Origin: Squalus acanthias
Taxonomy: Eukaryota
Assembly: GCA_030390025.1 (NCBI GenBank)
Contig: JASTWF010000033.1
Span: 2,668,001-2,732,000, forward strand
Direction of reading: 5' to 3'
Length of the DNA stretch: 64,000 bases
A program made the translations under genes and the position numbers. Of this stretch, positions 1 to 12,879 are shown one piece after another; the stretch's first letter is position 1; each line of letters begins with the position of its first letter. The notes under the pieces are model-generated. The model had not been told where the DNA came from. It saw nothing but the letters and a program-made list of their open reading frames with translations, and ran no database searches.

Positions 1-1335
1 CCCAAGTGTTCTTCCACAGACACTTCGTCGACCTGGCCCAGCTCATTCACCAGCACCAGATCCAGCAATGACTCCTTCCTAGTTGGGCCAAGAACATACT
101 GGTCAAGGAAATTCTCCTGAACACATTTCAGAAATTGCTGCCACTCCTTTCCCTTTACACTTGCATTATCCCAATCGATATTTGAGTAAATAAAGTCTCC
201 CAATATCACCACTCTATGGCTCTTGCATATCTCTGTGAATTCCCTGCAGATTTGCTCATCTACATCCCTCTCACTATTTGGAGACCTATAGAATACACCC
301 AATAGCGTGATCATACCATTTTTGCTCCTCAACTCTAAACACATGGATTCTGTCCTTATCCTCTCATGAACTTCATCCATTTCCGACACTACAATGTCTT
401 CCTTAATCAGCACTGCCTCACCACCTTCGTTTTTTCCTTCCCTCTATTCTGAACACCTTGTGCCGTTGAATATTAAGTGCCGAGTCCTCACCTTTTTTTA
501 GACACGTTTTCGTTATTGCCAGAACATCCTATTGCCACACGGCTAATTCTGCCTGTAGATCACCAACAGTATTCACCAAACTTTGTGTGTTTACGTACTT
601 GCATTCACAACCCATTTTTGAATTTTTCGCAGTCTTTCTTAGTCTGTTCCTATCTAATACGGCAATAATTCCGCCTGTAGCACTATTTTCTCTAGTACTA
701 TCCAACACACTCACTCTTTTATGCACCTTATGATTCTTATCTACACCTATATGCTGGTGCCCATTCTCCTGACAAGCTACTTTAAACCCTCCCAAACACC
801 ACGAACAATCCCGCCGCGAGAATATTGGTCCCGGCTCTGTTGAAGTGTAACCCGTCCGGCTTGTACAGGTTCCACCTTCCCCAGAAACGGTCCCAATGCT
901 TCAGGAATCTAAAGCCCTCCCTTCTGCACCATCTCTCCAGCCATGCATTCATCTCTTCTATCCTCCTTTTCCTTTACTCACTAGCACGTGGTATCGGGAG
1001 TAATCCGGAGATTACTACCTTTAAGGACCTGCTTTTTCATATCTCTCCTAGCTCCCTAAATTCTTCCTGCAGGACCTCATCCCTCTGTCTACCTATATCG
1101 TCGGTACCGATATAGCCAACGACCTTTGGCTGTTCACCCTCCCCCTCAGAATATCCTGCAGCCGCTCAATGGCATCCTTGAACTTGGCACCAGGGAGGCA
1201 ACATACCATCCTGGAATCACGTCTAAGGCCGCAGAAACGCCAGTCTGCTCCCCTAACTATCGAATCCCCTACCACTATTGCTCTTCCAATCTTTTTCCTG
1301 CGCCCCACTGTGTAACTGAGCCACCCGTGGTGCCG
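1..1335 (-). mobile_element. CR1-type LINE fragment (ORF1 SGNH/GDSL esterase region and ORF2 endonuclease region), degraded, runs off the window start
   Basis: ORF 1093..1308(-) reads IVVGDSIVRGADWRFCGLRRDSRMVCCLPGA, typical of the CR1 ORF1 esterase. Positions 1-450 on the minus strand resemble the AP-endonuclease region of the other CR1 copies in the window. Confidence 0.85.
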
Positions 1336-1349
1336 TAGAGTGGAGTTGA

Positions 1350-1960
1350 TTCTATCTCTGTATCTGGCGCCGCTTCAGAGGTCTGGTGACTGAACTAAGT
1401 TTGCTGCTGACTCTTTCACATCTCCTTCCCTGTTTTAGTGTGGATGAATGAACTTACTGAGACAGGAATTCATTATTAAATTAATTTAATGTGTTTATGT
1501 TGTATCGGGTTGCACTGTTGGATTCATAAGTACATCTACATATAAGTAGAAGCGATGATGTTGGCGTTTTGTTAATTGAACGAATTCGCCATCTGACGCA
1601 GCACTTCATAATTACATGAGCAAGGACTTCAAGTGTTGTCAGGTCTGTCTGGAAGAGGCATTTCATTCTGTTTGGTGCATGCATTGCAGATGAAGTGAAC
1701 AGTGTTGGTGAACAATGGGAGAATTGGCTGACCTGTAGAAGCACTAAGCTATTCATAGAGGCTTCGCAATTGAACAAACTGACTTCGAGAATAGCACCGT
1801 TTAACACGGGGATGATGAACAGAAAGCAGTCGCAGGATATTAGCAAAGCATCGAATGTTTAATGGGACATTGAGAAAGTGATTGGAAAGAGTGAGTGCGC
1901 CGGAGAGCTGGAGAAGGCATCCGAGAAATGGAAAGGGAGGAGTAGTAGGGACAACGAAAG
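1350..1960 (+). repeat. Paralogous GPCR intron block, copy 1 (others at about 37420-38060 minus and about 61820-62390 plus)
   Basis: GACTGAACTAAGTTTGCTGCTGACTCTTTCACATCTCCTT matches GACTGAACTGAGTTTGCCGCTGACACCTTCACATCTCCTT at about 61832 and the reverse complement near 37990-38035. Confidence 0.8.
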
Positions 1961-2044
1961 ATAGAGCGAGAGAGAGATTGATAGCCAGAGGAAGAGAGGC
2001 AGAGAGAGAGAGAGAGCAGAGAGAGAAATAGCGAGGGGGAGAAG

Positions 2045-2218
2045 CAGCGGTCAAAACGCTGGAACTCCCTCCCGAACAGCACTGTGGGAGTACCTTCACC
2101 ACACGGACTGCAGCGGTTCAAGAAGGCGGCTCACCACCACCTGCTCAAGGGCAATTAGGGATGGACAATAAATGCTGGCCTTGCCAGCGAAGCCCACATC
2201 CCAGAAATGAGAAAAAAA
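2045..2218 (+). mobile_element. 3' terminus of a non-LTR retrotransposon
   Basis: TGGAACTCCCTCCC...TTCAAGAAGGCGGCTCACCACCAC...AATAAATGCTGGCC followed by an A-rich tail. This resembles a LINE ORF2 C-terminus (WNSLP...FK) plus 3' UTR. Confidence 0.65.
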
Positions 2219-2390
2219 TTGTGTTTAAAAAACATTTCTCTGCCCGAAAGCGTTGCCCATGTCCAATAATGAATTTCCACCGTTCGATGAAGTAACAAAT
2301 CTGGAAATTTCAGCCCAGATCCTTTCAAATTGCAGCTTTGGCTCCAGGTCTGACCAGTAATTTATCTGCTTCCTTTTGTCTCTCTTACAG

Positions 2391-3291
2391 TTAACTTGGT
2401 GGCGATTGTGATCCTGTCCCGAGGAAAGTGTGTTCTCTCCAAATGTATCACTCGTTATCTGGTGGGAATGGCAGCGGCCGATCTACTGGTCGTTATCTCT
2501 GAGCCCATATTGGGCTGGATTGCTGCGATTTATTTCCCACATTCATTCCTGAGAATTACTCCCGTGTGTAGTTTTATTGACTTCATGTATTTTGCAACCA
2601 CCGAGACTTCTGTCTGGCTGACAGTCGCTTTCACCTTTGATCGGTTTGTGGCCATTTGTTGTGAGAAGCTGAAAACAAAATATTGCACCGAGAAAACGGC
2701 GGCTGTGGTTATCGGAACAGTGAGTGTGCTGGGCTGTTTAGAGTCTGTCCCCTGGTACTTAATCTATGAACCTTACGATATAATTGATAATATTCCCTGG
2801 TGTTGTAACAATAAACCGACCTTCTCAACTTCCCCCGCATGGGCAGCATTTGAGTTGATTCACCGCATTTTAACCCCTTGTGTCCCTTTCTTTCTAATTA
2901 TTCTACTCAATGTTCTGACGATCAGACGTATTTTTGAGTCTAGTAGAGTCCACAAGGGACTGCGGCGCCGCAGCGATGGAGAGAATCTAAAAGACACAGA
3001 GATGGAGAACCGAAGGAAATCCATGTTTTACTCTTCAGTATATCCGGCAGTTTTATACTGTTATTGTTGACACTGGTTGTATATTACATCTATCAGCGAA
3101 TCACAAAAGTGTAGTACTATTCTCCCACTGACCCTCTTTATGTCACAGAATTCACATCAGGAAAGCTTCAGATGGTCAGTTCCTGCACCAACACGTGTAT
3201 TTATGTCCTGACACAGACTAAATTCAGAGAGAAGCTGAAGTACGCGATAAAATACCCACTCAATGTAATTGTTAAATTAGATAAATCATAG
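2391..3291 (+). pseudogene. GPR139/GPR142-like class A GPCR, exon 2, pseudogenised (exon 1 lies upstream of the window)
   Basis: Acceptor TCTCTTACAG ends at 2390. The frame reads VNLVAIVILSRGKC...AAADL...FTFDRFVAIC...ENRRKS. A 1-nt frameshift occurs at about 3026, after which the shifted frame gives LLFSISGSFILL...SSCTNTCIYVLTQTKFRE, with an in-frame TAG at 3112-3114 and the terminal TAG at 3289-3291. Confidence 0.9.
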
Positions 3292-3769
3292 AAAGCGCTG
3301 ATGGGTATCAAGCACGAGAACTGAATCCCATTTCATACTTCATTCCTTCACTCCACTATGGGCCGAACGTACATTTTATATTTGCAGCATGGAGCCCTGA
3401 AATTACATTAATTCTGATTATGTTATATTTTACTTATGATCGATCTATTGATGCGGGACTCGATCTGCAGATGACACATGAATTTTTGCTCAAAATGGCG
3501 GCACTAAACAGTTCAACTGGCCTTCCAATAAATGGCTGCCCTGCACCGAAAGCAAACTGGGCAAACCCGCCGATCACTGTCGCCGCTGTGGGCCTGATCA
3601 TATTGGGAGCAATGCACATGAATGGAGTTAGAGGGAGAGAACAACCAAAATATATGTGCAGATAGAAAGATAGAGAGATAGGTGACACACTGGAGGCCCC
3701 CAGAGCATGCTGGGGCCCAATATCCCAATGTCTGTCTCCTGTTTTATCTATCTATCGCTCTCCATTTCG

Positions 3770-4410
3770 GCCCCTGCATTTCTCCTCTCTAAAAATCTGT
3801 TTCGCAGTTTAACCCCTCTCCCCATCTCTGTTCCTGATTATTATCTCTCTCCCTCCCTCCAGGTCTCTCTCTCCAACTCTGCCCCTCTGTCTCTCTCTCT
3901 CCATTTCTCTCCCTCTCTATCTATGTCCCTCTTTCTGTCTGTCTATCTCTCTCTCTCCATGTTTCTCCCTATCTATGCCTGTAATCTGTCTTTTTCCCTA
4001 TCCATGGCTGTCTCTCTGCATCTCTCTCCCCACGTGTGTCTATGTGTTTTATTCTCGCTCCCGCGCTGTGTCTGTCTCTGTTTCGCTCTCCCTCTCTTTT
4101 GAATAACAGAGTATAACTTGTGTAACAGAGTGATAGAGGGAGAAGTGTAGAAAGAGTTGGAGATGTAGAGAGGCAGAGACGAGAGTTAAATTGGACGATC
4201 AGGGAATACTGTTGGAAAATTAATTTAGTGTTCTTCGCAGCTTTTCTGCCCTATTTCAACTAAACAATCTTTCAATCTCAGTGATACAGAGGGAGATAGA
4301 AAAAGGTAGAGAGAGAAATGGAGATGTGGGAACAGACAACTGAGGATGTAGAAAGCGATAAGGACAGAGCGGTACGGGGAGAGAGATGGAGATTCAGAGA
4401 GGGAGAGGCG
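3770..4410. repeat. Low-complexity (CT)-rich tract followed by (GA)-rich tract
   Basis: Degenerate TCTC/CTCT runs at 3770-4100 and AGAG-rich sequence at 4130-4410. Confidence 0.7.
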
Positions 4411-4619
4411 GATTTTACATTGGACGCTCAGAAGAACACTCTAAAATTTCAACACCGGGACCCTCGCAGCCTGTACCCCTGAGCTACATCCCCATTTGTC
4501 CTTCAATATGTTCTTCCATCCAGCATATCGCAGACCTTCACTTTTATTCTTTTGTCCCATTCCACAATCCTTTTTCTCATGACTCTGTACTTGTTTACAA
4601 ACGATTAAATCTCCAACTT

Positions 4620-4735
4620 CATCCAGTTGTTTTGCAAGGTTATCGACCTGAGGCGTTAACTTCGTTTCTCTCTCCGCAGATGCTGCCTGACCTGCTGAGT
4701 ATTTCCAGAATGTTGTGTTATTATTCAAATTTGCT
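4620..4735 (+). mobile_element. Degenerate terminal fragment of a Penelope-like or related retroelement
   Basis: AAGGTTATCGACCTGAGGCGTTAAC...CAGATGCTGCCTGACCTGCTGAGTATTTCCAG resembles a common shark repeat end. A short reverse-strand remnant occurs at about 14620-14655. The family assignment is from memory. Confidence 0.45.
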
Positions 4736-5109
4736 ATGAATTGCAATTGCTGAGAACTACTACCCAGAAACTGGAACTGCAACAGAGTGAGAAAGAATCC
4801 TTCAGAATTCTAAATACATATAAAGCGTAGGAGGATAGCTAGGGAAAAGGCTGGGCCTATTTTACAGAGGCCGGGGTCGGGAGGAGCAGGTTCCGGGAGA
4901 GGGAAGCAAAAAGTATTTGTAGTGTGACGTCACCAAAAAGCAGGAAAGTGATTGGTTGGTGAGTGCTTTCGTTCTCAATTTTTCTAAACTTAAATTTTGT
5001 GGTTTCTACGGTCTCTTTGTGTAGCGGGGACTACTGTTAAGCAAGGACACTTGAGTTTTCTCACTTAATTACAATGTAATTGGTGGGATCCATTTAATTT
5101 TAGATAGAA

Positions 5110-5800
5110 TCCCCTATCGCTCTTTCTCTCCCACTCTTTTTCCTCCACTACTGTGCAGCTGAGCCACTCGTAGTACCACGGATTGGCTTTTGCTGCATCC
5201 CCCTGAAAAACCTTCTCCCCCAGCAGTATCCAAAAGGTAAAATCTGTTGGAGAGAGTGATGGACCCAGGTGACTCCTGCACACACTTCCTAGTTCTTTTA
5301 ATCTCTCTGGCGTTCACCCATTTCCTGTCTGCCTGTGCACTCTTACCTGCGGTGTGACCACCTCGTTAAACATGCTGTCCCCGAAGGTCTCAGCTTCGCA
5401 GATGCTCCGCAGTGACTGCAGCCACAGCTCCAGCTCCGAAACTCATATTTCGAGTAGCTACAGCTGGAGACACTTCCTGCACATGTGTTCGCCCTGGACA
5501 CCAAAAGTTTCCCTGCCTTCCCACATAGCACAGGAGGAGCACTCCACGTTGCCGAGCTGCCTTGCATGTTCTACCCTTAATTTACCCTCTTTACTTCCTT
5601 TAAATTAAAGAATATTAGATACACTAGGGAGCTTACTTCCCTTTAAACACTACTTACTCTAAACTGGAGACTTTTCTTTTAATTTAACTGCTGGACTGTA
5701 GAAATACGCACCAGGTCCTACTGACCAATCAGCTCATTTCCTGGTTATGACGTCACTTTAGTGGTTTCGCAGTTGTTGTTGTTTGACTGCTCCCGCGCCC
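5110..5800 (-). mobile_element. CR1 5' fragment (ORF1 N-terminal Cys-rich region and part of the 5' UTR)
   Basis: 5340-5570 is similar to the CR1 ORF1 at 18850-19063 (VECSSC.MWE...CRKC.QL). Confidence 0.75.
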
Positions 5801-6016
5801 GGACTCTTTCCTTGGTGTAAAGTTAGAACCAATTACCAACTCGCAGCACTCTGTTTAAACCGCACTTTTATTTTTCTCCAGATGCGGTTGGGGGCTGTCA
5901 CAGAGCTGAACTCCCGCTGGTTCTCTGTCCCTTCTTGTGCAGCTTTTTAGCTCCTGCTCTCCTGGAAGCTTACAAGGATAGAAACAGAAAGGTACACCAC
6001 CCTCACCGAACTCCAT

Positions 6017-6460
6017 CACTCACCAAACTCGCAGCTTAACACTCTGTTCCGATCTGCAATCCCTGACAAACTGCACACCAGCCTCCCTTATTTATACTGC
6101 TGTGATTTAAATAAGTGAGCTCTCTGGCAGTTACAGAACCAAATTAGAGCAGTTAATTAATTAATTACTCTCAGCTGCTCTCCAGCACAGAGCTTGCTTA
6201 GCCCTGCCCAAGCCTGGAAGAAACTTAAAACTTGAAACAGTAAATTTAAATGTAAGTTAAATGCTAATTGCAGCACACATGACCAGATTTTATTAAAAAA
6301 AGAGATTAACCTTTAAGATTCACTCCCTCACTCAGCAACCTCGCAGTTTAACACTCGGTTCCGATCTGAACTCCATGACAAACTGCACTATAGCCTCCCT
6401 TATTTAAACTGCTGTGATTTAAATAAGTGAGCTTTCTGGCAGTTTCAGAACCAGATTACA
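6017..6460. repeat. Direct repeat of about 135 bp, two copies (about 6017-6148 and 6329-6460)
   Basis: Both copies contain CTCGCAG..TAACACTC.GTTCCGATCTG...GACAAACTGCAC...GCCTCCCTTATTTA.ACTGCTGTGATTTAAATAAGTGAGCT.TCTGGCAGTT.CAGAACCA. Confidence 0.85.
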
Positions 6461-7269
6461 ACGAATTAAAAGCACACAAACAGAACTTTCGTCCCAGCAG
6501 GTCTATGCAGTTGATTATGAGCACACGGGACTACTCCTACCTTATTTCATCTCACACAATAGCATAATATTCATTTCTCCCTTTGGTACTTATTTGCCTC
6601 CAATTTAATGTAAATATGATCTTCGCTCAACAACTTGATGTTAGCGAGTACAACATTCTCAATACACGTTGGGTAATGAAGTTTCTCCTGAACTTCTTAA
6701 TGGTTTTATTACTAACTATCTTATAATTATGGCCCCTAGTTCTGGACTCACCTACAAGTGGTAACATCCTCTCTCCGTGTAAGCTATCGAAGCACTTCAT
6801 AATTTTAAAGATATCTGTCAGGTCATCAAGGCATTAGTGCAAAGAATGTGGTAGCGAATCAGTAAAAGCTGCTGTGATTCTCTATCGCACGGGACCAATT
6901 GGTTCTTCTACATTGGGGCTTTCTGTGTGCTTCAATGATCCCAGTAAAAGTGAGTAATAAAATAGCTTAGCATCGGTAAAAAGCATCATGTGTGAGTAAG
7001 TACAATAACTAACAATAAAACAGTGTAACCCGGGATCTAACAATAGCTACACTCATGATGTGAACTGGATATTCGTGTTTCTGCTCGTGTCCCATATGCC
7101 TCACCAGCCTTTCAAAATTCGGAAACAGGAAGCAATTGGCCAGATGAAAAAAATACAAGTCGATCGGCACCTTTATTTCACAACAAATAAATGCACAGAC
7201 AGCAGGTGTGGCGAGATACATGAATTTGAACCGCAGGGTCGATCTTATGTAATGATACAATTAAATAAC

Positions 7270-8300
7270 AAGCAGCACTTCCCCACTTCTCAAAGTTAGA
7301 AACGCTTTTGAGAAGGTAAATAGTGAAAGAAAAATGCCTCTTCTGATTTGATAAGAATCAGAATAGAATCGAGGTCATCGTGGAGAAAGTTAGAAGACAT
7401 GTTTTCACAAACGGAAATAATGATCTATAGAGGTATAAAATGGCACCAAAAGGGTAGAAAATAAATTAATGAGGGGAAAATGCAATTGGAAAAAAACTTG
7501 CAATTGATATCAAAACTACCGTCAAACGTTTTAATTAATATAGTAAGACAAATGAGTTGAAAATGTAAATGAGGGCCCGTTAAAGGCAGTCAATATTGAT
7601 CAGTAGAAACTTGCTCTATGAGAACTTTGAATCTGTTTCACTTAGAATAACTAGGAAAAATTACAAGCGGTTTAAAGGAACCTAAAGATAAGTCAAACGG
7701 AGGAACATATTGGATTTAATAACATGAAAAATGTATGAGAGAACCTAATTGAAATTAAGATAAACAAATCTGAAGGACATGAAGGCTTCCAAACAAGGGA
7801 ATGGAATGAACCAGGTGGGGAAATTGCAGGAACATTATTCATTATTTTCCAAACTGTCTACATTCGGGAATTGTGCCTGTGGATTGAACAATTGTAACTG
7901 CCACTCCATTATTGAAGGAGAAACCAGGAGAGAAACCCAGTAATAATAGTCTTGCCGAGTAACATCAGTTGTGGGAACTTATTCCAATTCATCACCAGAA
8001 ACAAATTGACTGAACACTTGGAAAATATCATCTGATCAAAGCATAATGAAGGGAAGGTCCTGCTTGAATAAACGAGTCGAATCTTTTCAGAAGGACAATA
8101 GCAAGCTGAGCAGGGGAGCGTCTATGGATGATTTCTACCTGAACTCTCAAATCCATCAGACAAGGATATTTGTAAAGTTAAGAGCAAACGGAATTTGAGG
8201 TAACCTTGTGACTTGGGTTGGTCATTGAATGGGAATTCGGAGACGGAGAGTAAGGAGAAAGGATTCGTTTTCTGATTGGCGATATTTGACAAGTGGTGTA
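7270..8300 (+). mobile_element. Highly degraded CR1 ORF2 (RT) fragment
   Basis: Remnants of the VTPLFKKG, GNYRPVSLTS and KGRSCLTN coding segments, e.g. AATTGTAACTGCCACTCCATTATT and GAAGGGAAGGTCCTGCTTG. Confidence 0.65.
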
Positions 8301-8319
8301 ATCAGATAAAACTGAGGGA

Positions 8320-9115
8320 GTAATGAATCAGACACAGTGGAATCAATATCTGGTGAATTCGACAAATATACTTTCGGGAATTAGAAAATTATGAATCAGA
8401 CACTGAAATTCGACAAGTCAAATAGAAGCATTAATGAATCAGACACTGGTGAATAAAACATTGCACGCTCAGACAATTAACATTCAAGCAATAATAAATC
8501 AAACTGTCGGAAAACAAAATCTGGAAATGTAGAGAATTAAACATTAACAAATAACGAAGCGTACAGTGGGGAATAAGAAAAGCTGGGCAATTAAAGAATG
8601 ACAAATCGGGTAAAGAGGAATTAGAAATTGGTAAATGAAAAAAACTGGGCAATTGCTCAAATACAAATCAGACAATGATGATTCAGACAGGGCCAATCAA
8701 ACACTGGAGCAAAAGGCAATCGAATGTTTGATTATCAGCAATCAGAAAATAGGGTTTTAGACAATTAGAAATCAGGAAATAATGAATCAGATACTGAGGA
8801 ATGAAAAACTGGAGAAATAGTCAACAAAACGTCAGATAATGACGATTCAGACATTGAGGAATCAGTGCCTGGAAAACTGAAGAATTAAAAATATCGGAGG
8901 ATGATTCCGACCCTCAGGAATCAAAACCAGAGAATTGAACAAATACATTCTGGAAATCATGAGGCAGATACTGGGGAACGGTAAACTGGAGAATTCGACA
9001 ATTAAAACATCGGCGATAATGGATCAGACACTTGAGAATAAAAATTACGCAACCAGACAAGTATTGATCGAGAAATGACGATTCCTACACTCGGAATAGA
9101 AAAACTGGAAAACTA
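8320..9115. repeat. Old degenerate minisatellite, period about 59 bp
   Basis: Recurring AATGAATCAGACACT...GAAT.AAAACTGGAGAATTCGACAA motif at about 8322, 8390, 8433, 8781, 8838, 8899, 8958, 9018 and 9074. Confidence 0.7.
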
Positions 9116-10049
9116 TTGCATTCTTAGGCTTCATTTGTTGAGCACGAGCGATGGTCATGAAGTGGTCAACGACCCCATTGTAATCTTCATGGTTCTGCTG
9201 TATTCATGTCAACCATGACTGCAGTTAATGGTCATCAACAGCGGGTGGTCCCCCTACGATGGGCCACTAACCTTGTACGAGGGGGCGTGACGTTAAAGTA
9301 AAGTGGAGTTGGGAAGCTGTGGGACATATCTAGCTTCAGGTTCATAGCTCGAGTGCAGCATAAGCACCGGCATAGACTCGTTTGGCCGAATGTCCTATTT
9401 ATGTGCTCTATACTCTATGTAATTCTATATATCACGCCATGATGTTGGACAATTAATAAAAGGAATCCTCATGTCATTCTGTCCTGTGAAACGGCCAGAA
9501 GAATTATTTTCCATCAAAACTCATTCTGAGCCCCGACACCAACAACACCCGCCACCAACACCCCATCACCATTCCGCCACCATCCCCCATCTCCACCACG
9601 ACCCCAGATGAAGAAGAAAAAGAGATGCGCCGCAGAAATTCCAATCATAGCTAAAGCGATTTTAAGGAACACTGAGCCAGCAATTTAACGGCTATTCCTT
9701 TTACTGCTCCTGAAACCATGGTCTGGGGATGAACATATTTGCGTCTGGAGTGCGAAGGTGCAGTTTTCAGTCTTCAGCTCACTTTCCAATTGATCAATTT
9801 TTCCTTTTTGAAGTAATGTAAAGAGACTGGTTCTCCTACTCCTGGACCCGCCTCAACACTAATCTTTGAAATGTCAGCACACGCATCCCAGGTGGAGCCC
9901 GGGATTAATCTGCCTTATGGTTCCCTGTCTCATATTTAACCGATGCTTTCCCAATACCTTAACATTTCGCCTTCTGACAATAGAGACGCTAGGGTAGTTC
10001 TACAATTCGGGGATTTGAATTAAAATCGGCGTTCGGGATTTGTGCCTTT

Positions 10050-11790
10050 CGATTCGAAGTTTGCAAATGTCGTTCCATTGAGGGAATGATGAAACAGGAG
10101 GGGGAAAGGAAACTACAGGCCTGTCAGTTCAACGTTAGTTGAGTGAAAGTTACTGGAATCGATCATCAGGAACGAAGTGGCTGAGCAATTTACCAAGTTT
10201 GAGCTCAGGTTAGGAGAGTCAGACTGCACTGGTGAAGGGAAGGGCATGTCTGTGTAACCCAGTTGAGTTGGATGAGGCGTTCACTAGCAATGTGGACAGG
10301 GGACTGTCTATGGATGTTGCGTAAAAAGACTTTCAAAAGGTATTTGATAGGATTCGGCAAATCCAAAATGTTACTGCCCGTGTCCTAATTTGCACCAAAT
10401 CCCGTTCACCTAGCAACGCTGTGCTCGCTGACCGACATTTGCTCCCCGTTAAACATCGCCTCGATTTTAAAATTATCATCTATGTTTTCAAATGCCTCCA
10501 TGGCCTCGCCCCTCCCTATCTCTGTAATCTCCACCAGCCCAAACCCTACCTCCCCACCCCCCCGTGCGAGGTACTTGCGCTCCTCTAATTCTGCCCTCTT
10601 GAGCATTCCCGATATTAATCTCTCCACCATTGCAGGCCGTGTCTTCTGTTGCCTAGGCCCCAAGCTATGGAATTTCCTCTTCGCCTCTCTATCGCTCTTT
10701 CCTCCATTACGACGCTCCTTAAAAGCTACTTCTTTGATCAAGCTTTTGGTCATCTGCCCTAATATCTCCTTATGTGGCTCGGTGTCAAATGTTGTTTTAG
10801 AACGCTGCTGTGAAGCGTTTTACTACGTTACAGGTACGATGTCAACACAAGTTATTCTGGTTGTTGTTATTGGAGGTAACCTGCTGACGTGGCTTCGTAA
10901 TTGGATGCGAGGGTAAGGATAACGGAAATTACTCTGTTTTCATAATGCAACGTGGTCTTCCCCAAGAATCTGTTCCGGTGTCTCAGCTTTTCAACATCTA
11001 CATCAATGACTTGGATTAAGGAACAGACAGTTCGATATCAACATTTGCAGTTTACACTAAATTACGAAATGGAATAAGTCATGTAGATTGAAGCAGGAAG
11101 TTACAAATTATAGACAGAAGGAGCGAGCGAGTAAAACTGTGGCAGATAAATTTCAAAGTGGGGAAGTGTCAGCTAATCGACTTTGCATCAAAGCAAGAAA
11201 AATCGAAATATTTCCTTGCTGACGAGAGACTAGAAACTAGAAACAGCAAAACGATTTGGATATCTGGATACATATTTGGATTTGGATATCTAGATACAAA
11301 AATAACTAAAAGCGAATGTACAAGTTCAAATCTTCATCAAAACGCTTTTGGAATGTTGGCCTTTATCTCAACGGGGCTGGATTAAAATGGGGCGCAAGTC
11401 ATTCTTCAGTAGTCCAGAGCTTTGCTCAGACCACATCTAGGGTACCACGTTCAGTTTTGGGAACCGCACCTCAGGCAGGATATATGGGCCTTGGTGGGGT
11501 TCATTGCAGATTCAGCAGAAAGATTCTAGGGCTTAATGAGTCAAATTAAGAGGATAGTTTGAATAAACTTGGGTTATATTCCCTTGAGTTTAGAAGATAT
11601 AGAGATCTTATTAAGACGCTGCAGATAATAAAATGATTCTATAGAGTAGATACAGAAAAAGTGTTTCATCTGGTTGGGGAATCCATAATAAAGGAGCATA
11701 ATATTAAAAATAGAGCAACATGACAGCCATGATCAAATTGAATGGTGGAACGGTCTCGCGGGAATTAATGGCTTATTGCTGTTCCTACTG
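10050..11790 (+). mobile_element. Degraded CR1 3' half with a nested L2-type 3' fragment at about 10360-10870
   Basis: GGAAACTACAGGCCTGTCAG (GNYRPV), GACTTTCAAAAGGTATTTGA (DFQK.FD), and the CR1 3' end CAGCCATGATCAAATTGAATGGTGG. The nested piece ends in GTTGTTGTT and matches 27540-28270. Confidence 0.75.
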
Positions 11791-12879
11791 ACCACTGTTG
11801 GTCGTCGGCCAGTCGTTTTAGAGACTGACCAGTTTTCATTCTAAGGGGATTGAAAGTTCATAATCTACCCACATGCCAACATTCTGTGTAACGTGCATGA
11901 ATGGAAAATAGGACCTCTAACCTGCTTCTTTCGTGGTGCTTCCACTTACCCATAAACAACGACCACCGGGAGAGGTGTCGCTGCGATTTCAATTAATTCC
12001 TCTTTCGGGGAAAAGGGCATGGAAGAGTGAAATGATCGTCCACTTGCATAGAATTTCGTATTGTATGCACTCTGCTCCTCAGGAGGACATGCAATTATTG
12101 ATGTAGATAATGCTGAAGTGCTATTGCAGCGGGAGTTGACGGAGATCAGCATGTGGATATTCTGGAGATGAAAATCCGCTGGTTTTTGACAGTGGTGACC
12201 CGTTGCCTCCAGTCTACTCCCGCTACTTGGGGATATTCCACTGAGACTGATGTTCCGCAGGGCCTTGTTCGAAGGGAAGGCGCCAATACATATGGCGGGA
12301 GCAGGAACGGTCATTTAGACACTTCCGGTCCTCTGAAATAATGGAGCAGCTGCAATGAGTACAGACCAGCCCAGAGCTCTCCTGGCAGAGGTCTACATCA
12401 CGACCTACCTTGACAATCCTCATCAGCTCATTAAATTACATTTGAGTCTGCAGTGCCATGACGGGTTGGAGGAGGTGTCTCTAACGCATGCGTCGTCCAC
12501 CAAAGTAAAATCTTCTTAGGACATTTGCTTGTGTCAGCAATTACTCCAACTCACGTTCAGTGAAATTTGCAGACATACTTCTTTCTCTCTTTTGCCATGT
12601 CAGATTCTCCCAGTTTACTTTCTGTTATCCCGTAGCTCCTGCCCAGATATTGTAGTTGACCAATCAATATTCAGATCAGCCGGTCTCTGAAAACACCGGT
12701 AGGGCAGCAGCAATGCTGGCGGGAGGAAGAAGCCATCGATTGAAATCCTCCAGTTCACTTGGATTTTAAAAAGCTCATGTCCATCAGTCATCCTGGGCCT
12801 AATACCTGTCCACAGAGCCTTTCCAAATTCAAACAAAGTGATCTTGATTGTAAAGCTCGAGATATTTCTTCAGATATTT

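Noticed and set aside
2396..3070. Intact 224-aa GPCR
   Set aside because: It is a frameshift-truncated exon 2. TM6-TM7 lie in another frame that also has an internal stop.
11800..12620. Possible exon or DNA-transposon remnant (similar patches at about 3440-3620, 19620-20170 and 23630-23900)
   Set aside because: No recognisable protein motif, terminal inverted repeat pair or TSD could be established by eye. A repeat-library search is needed.
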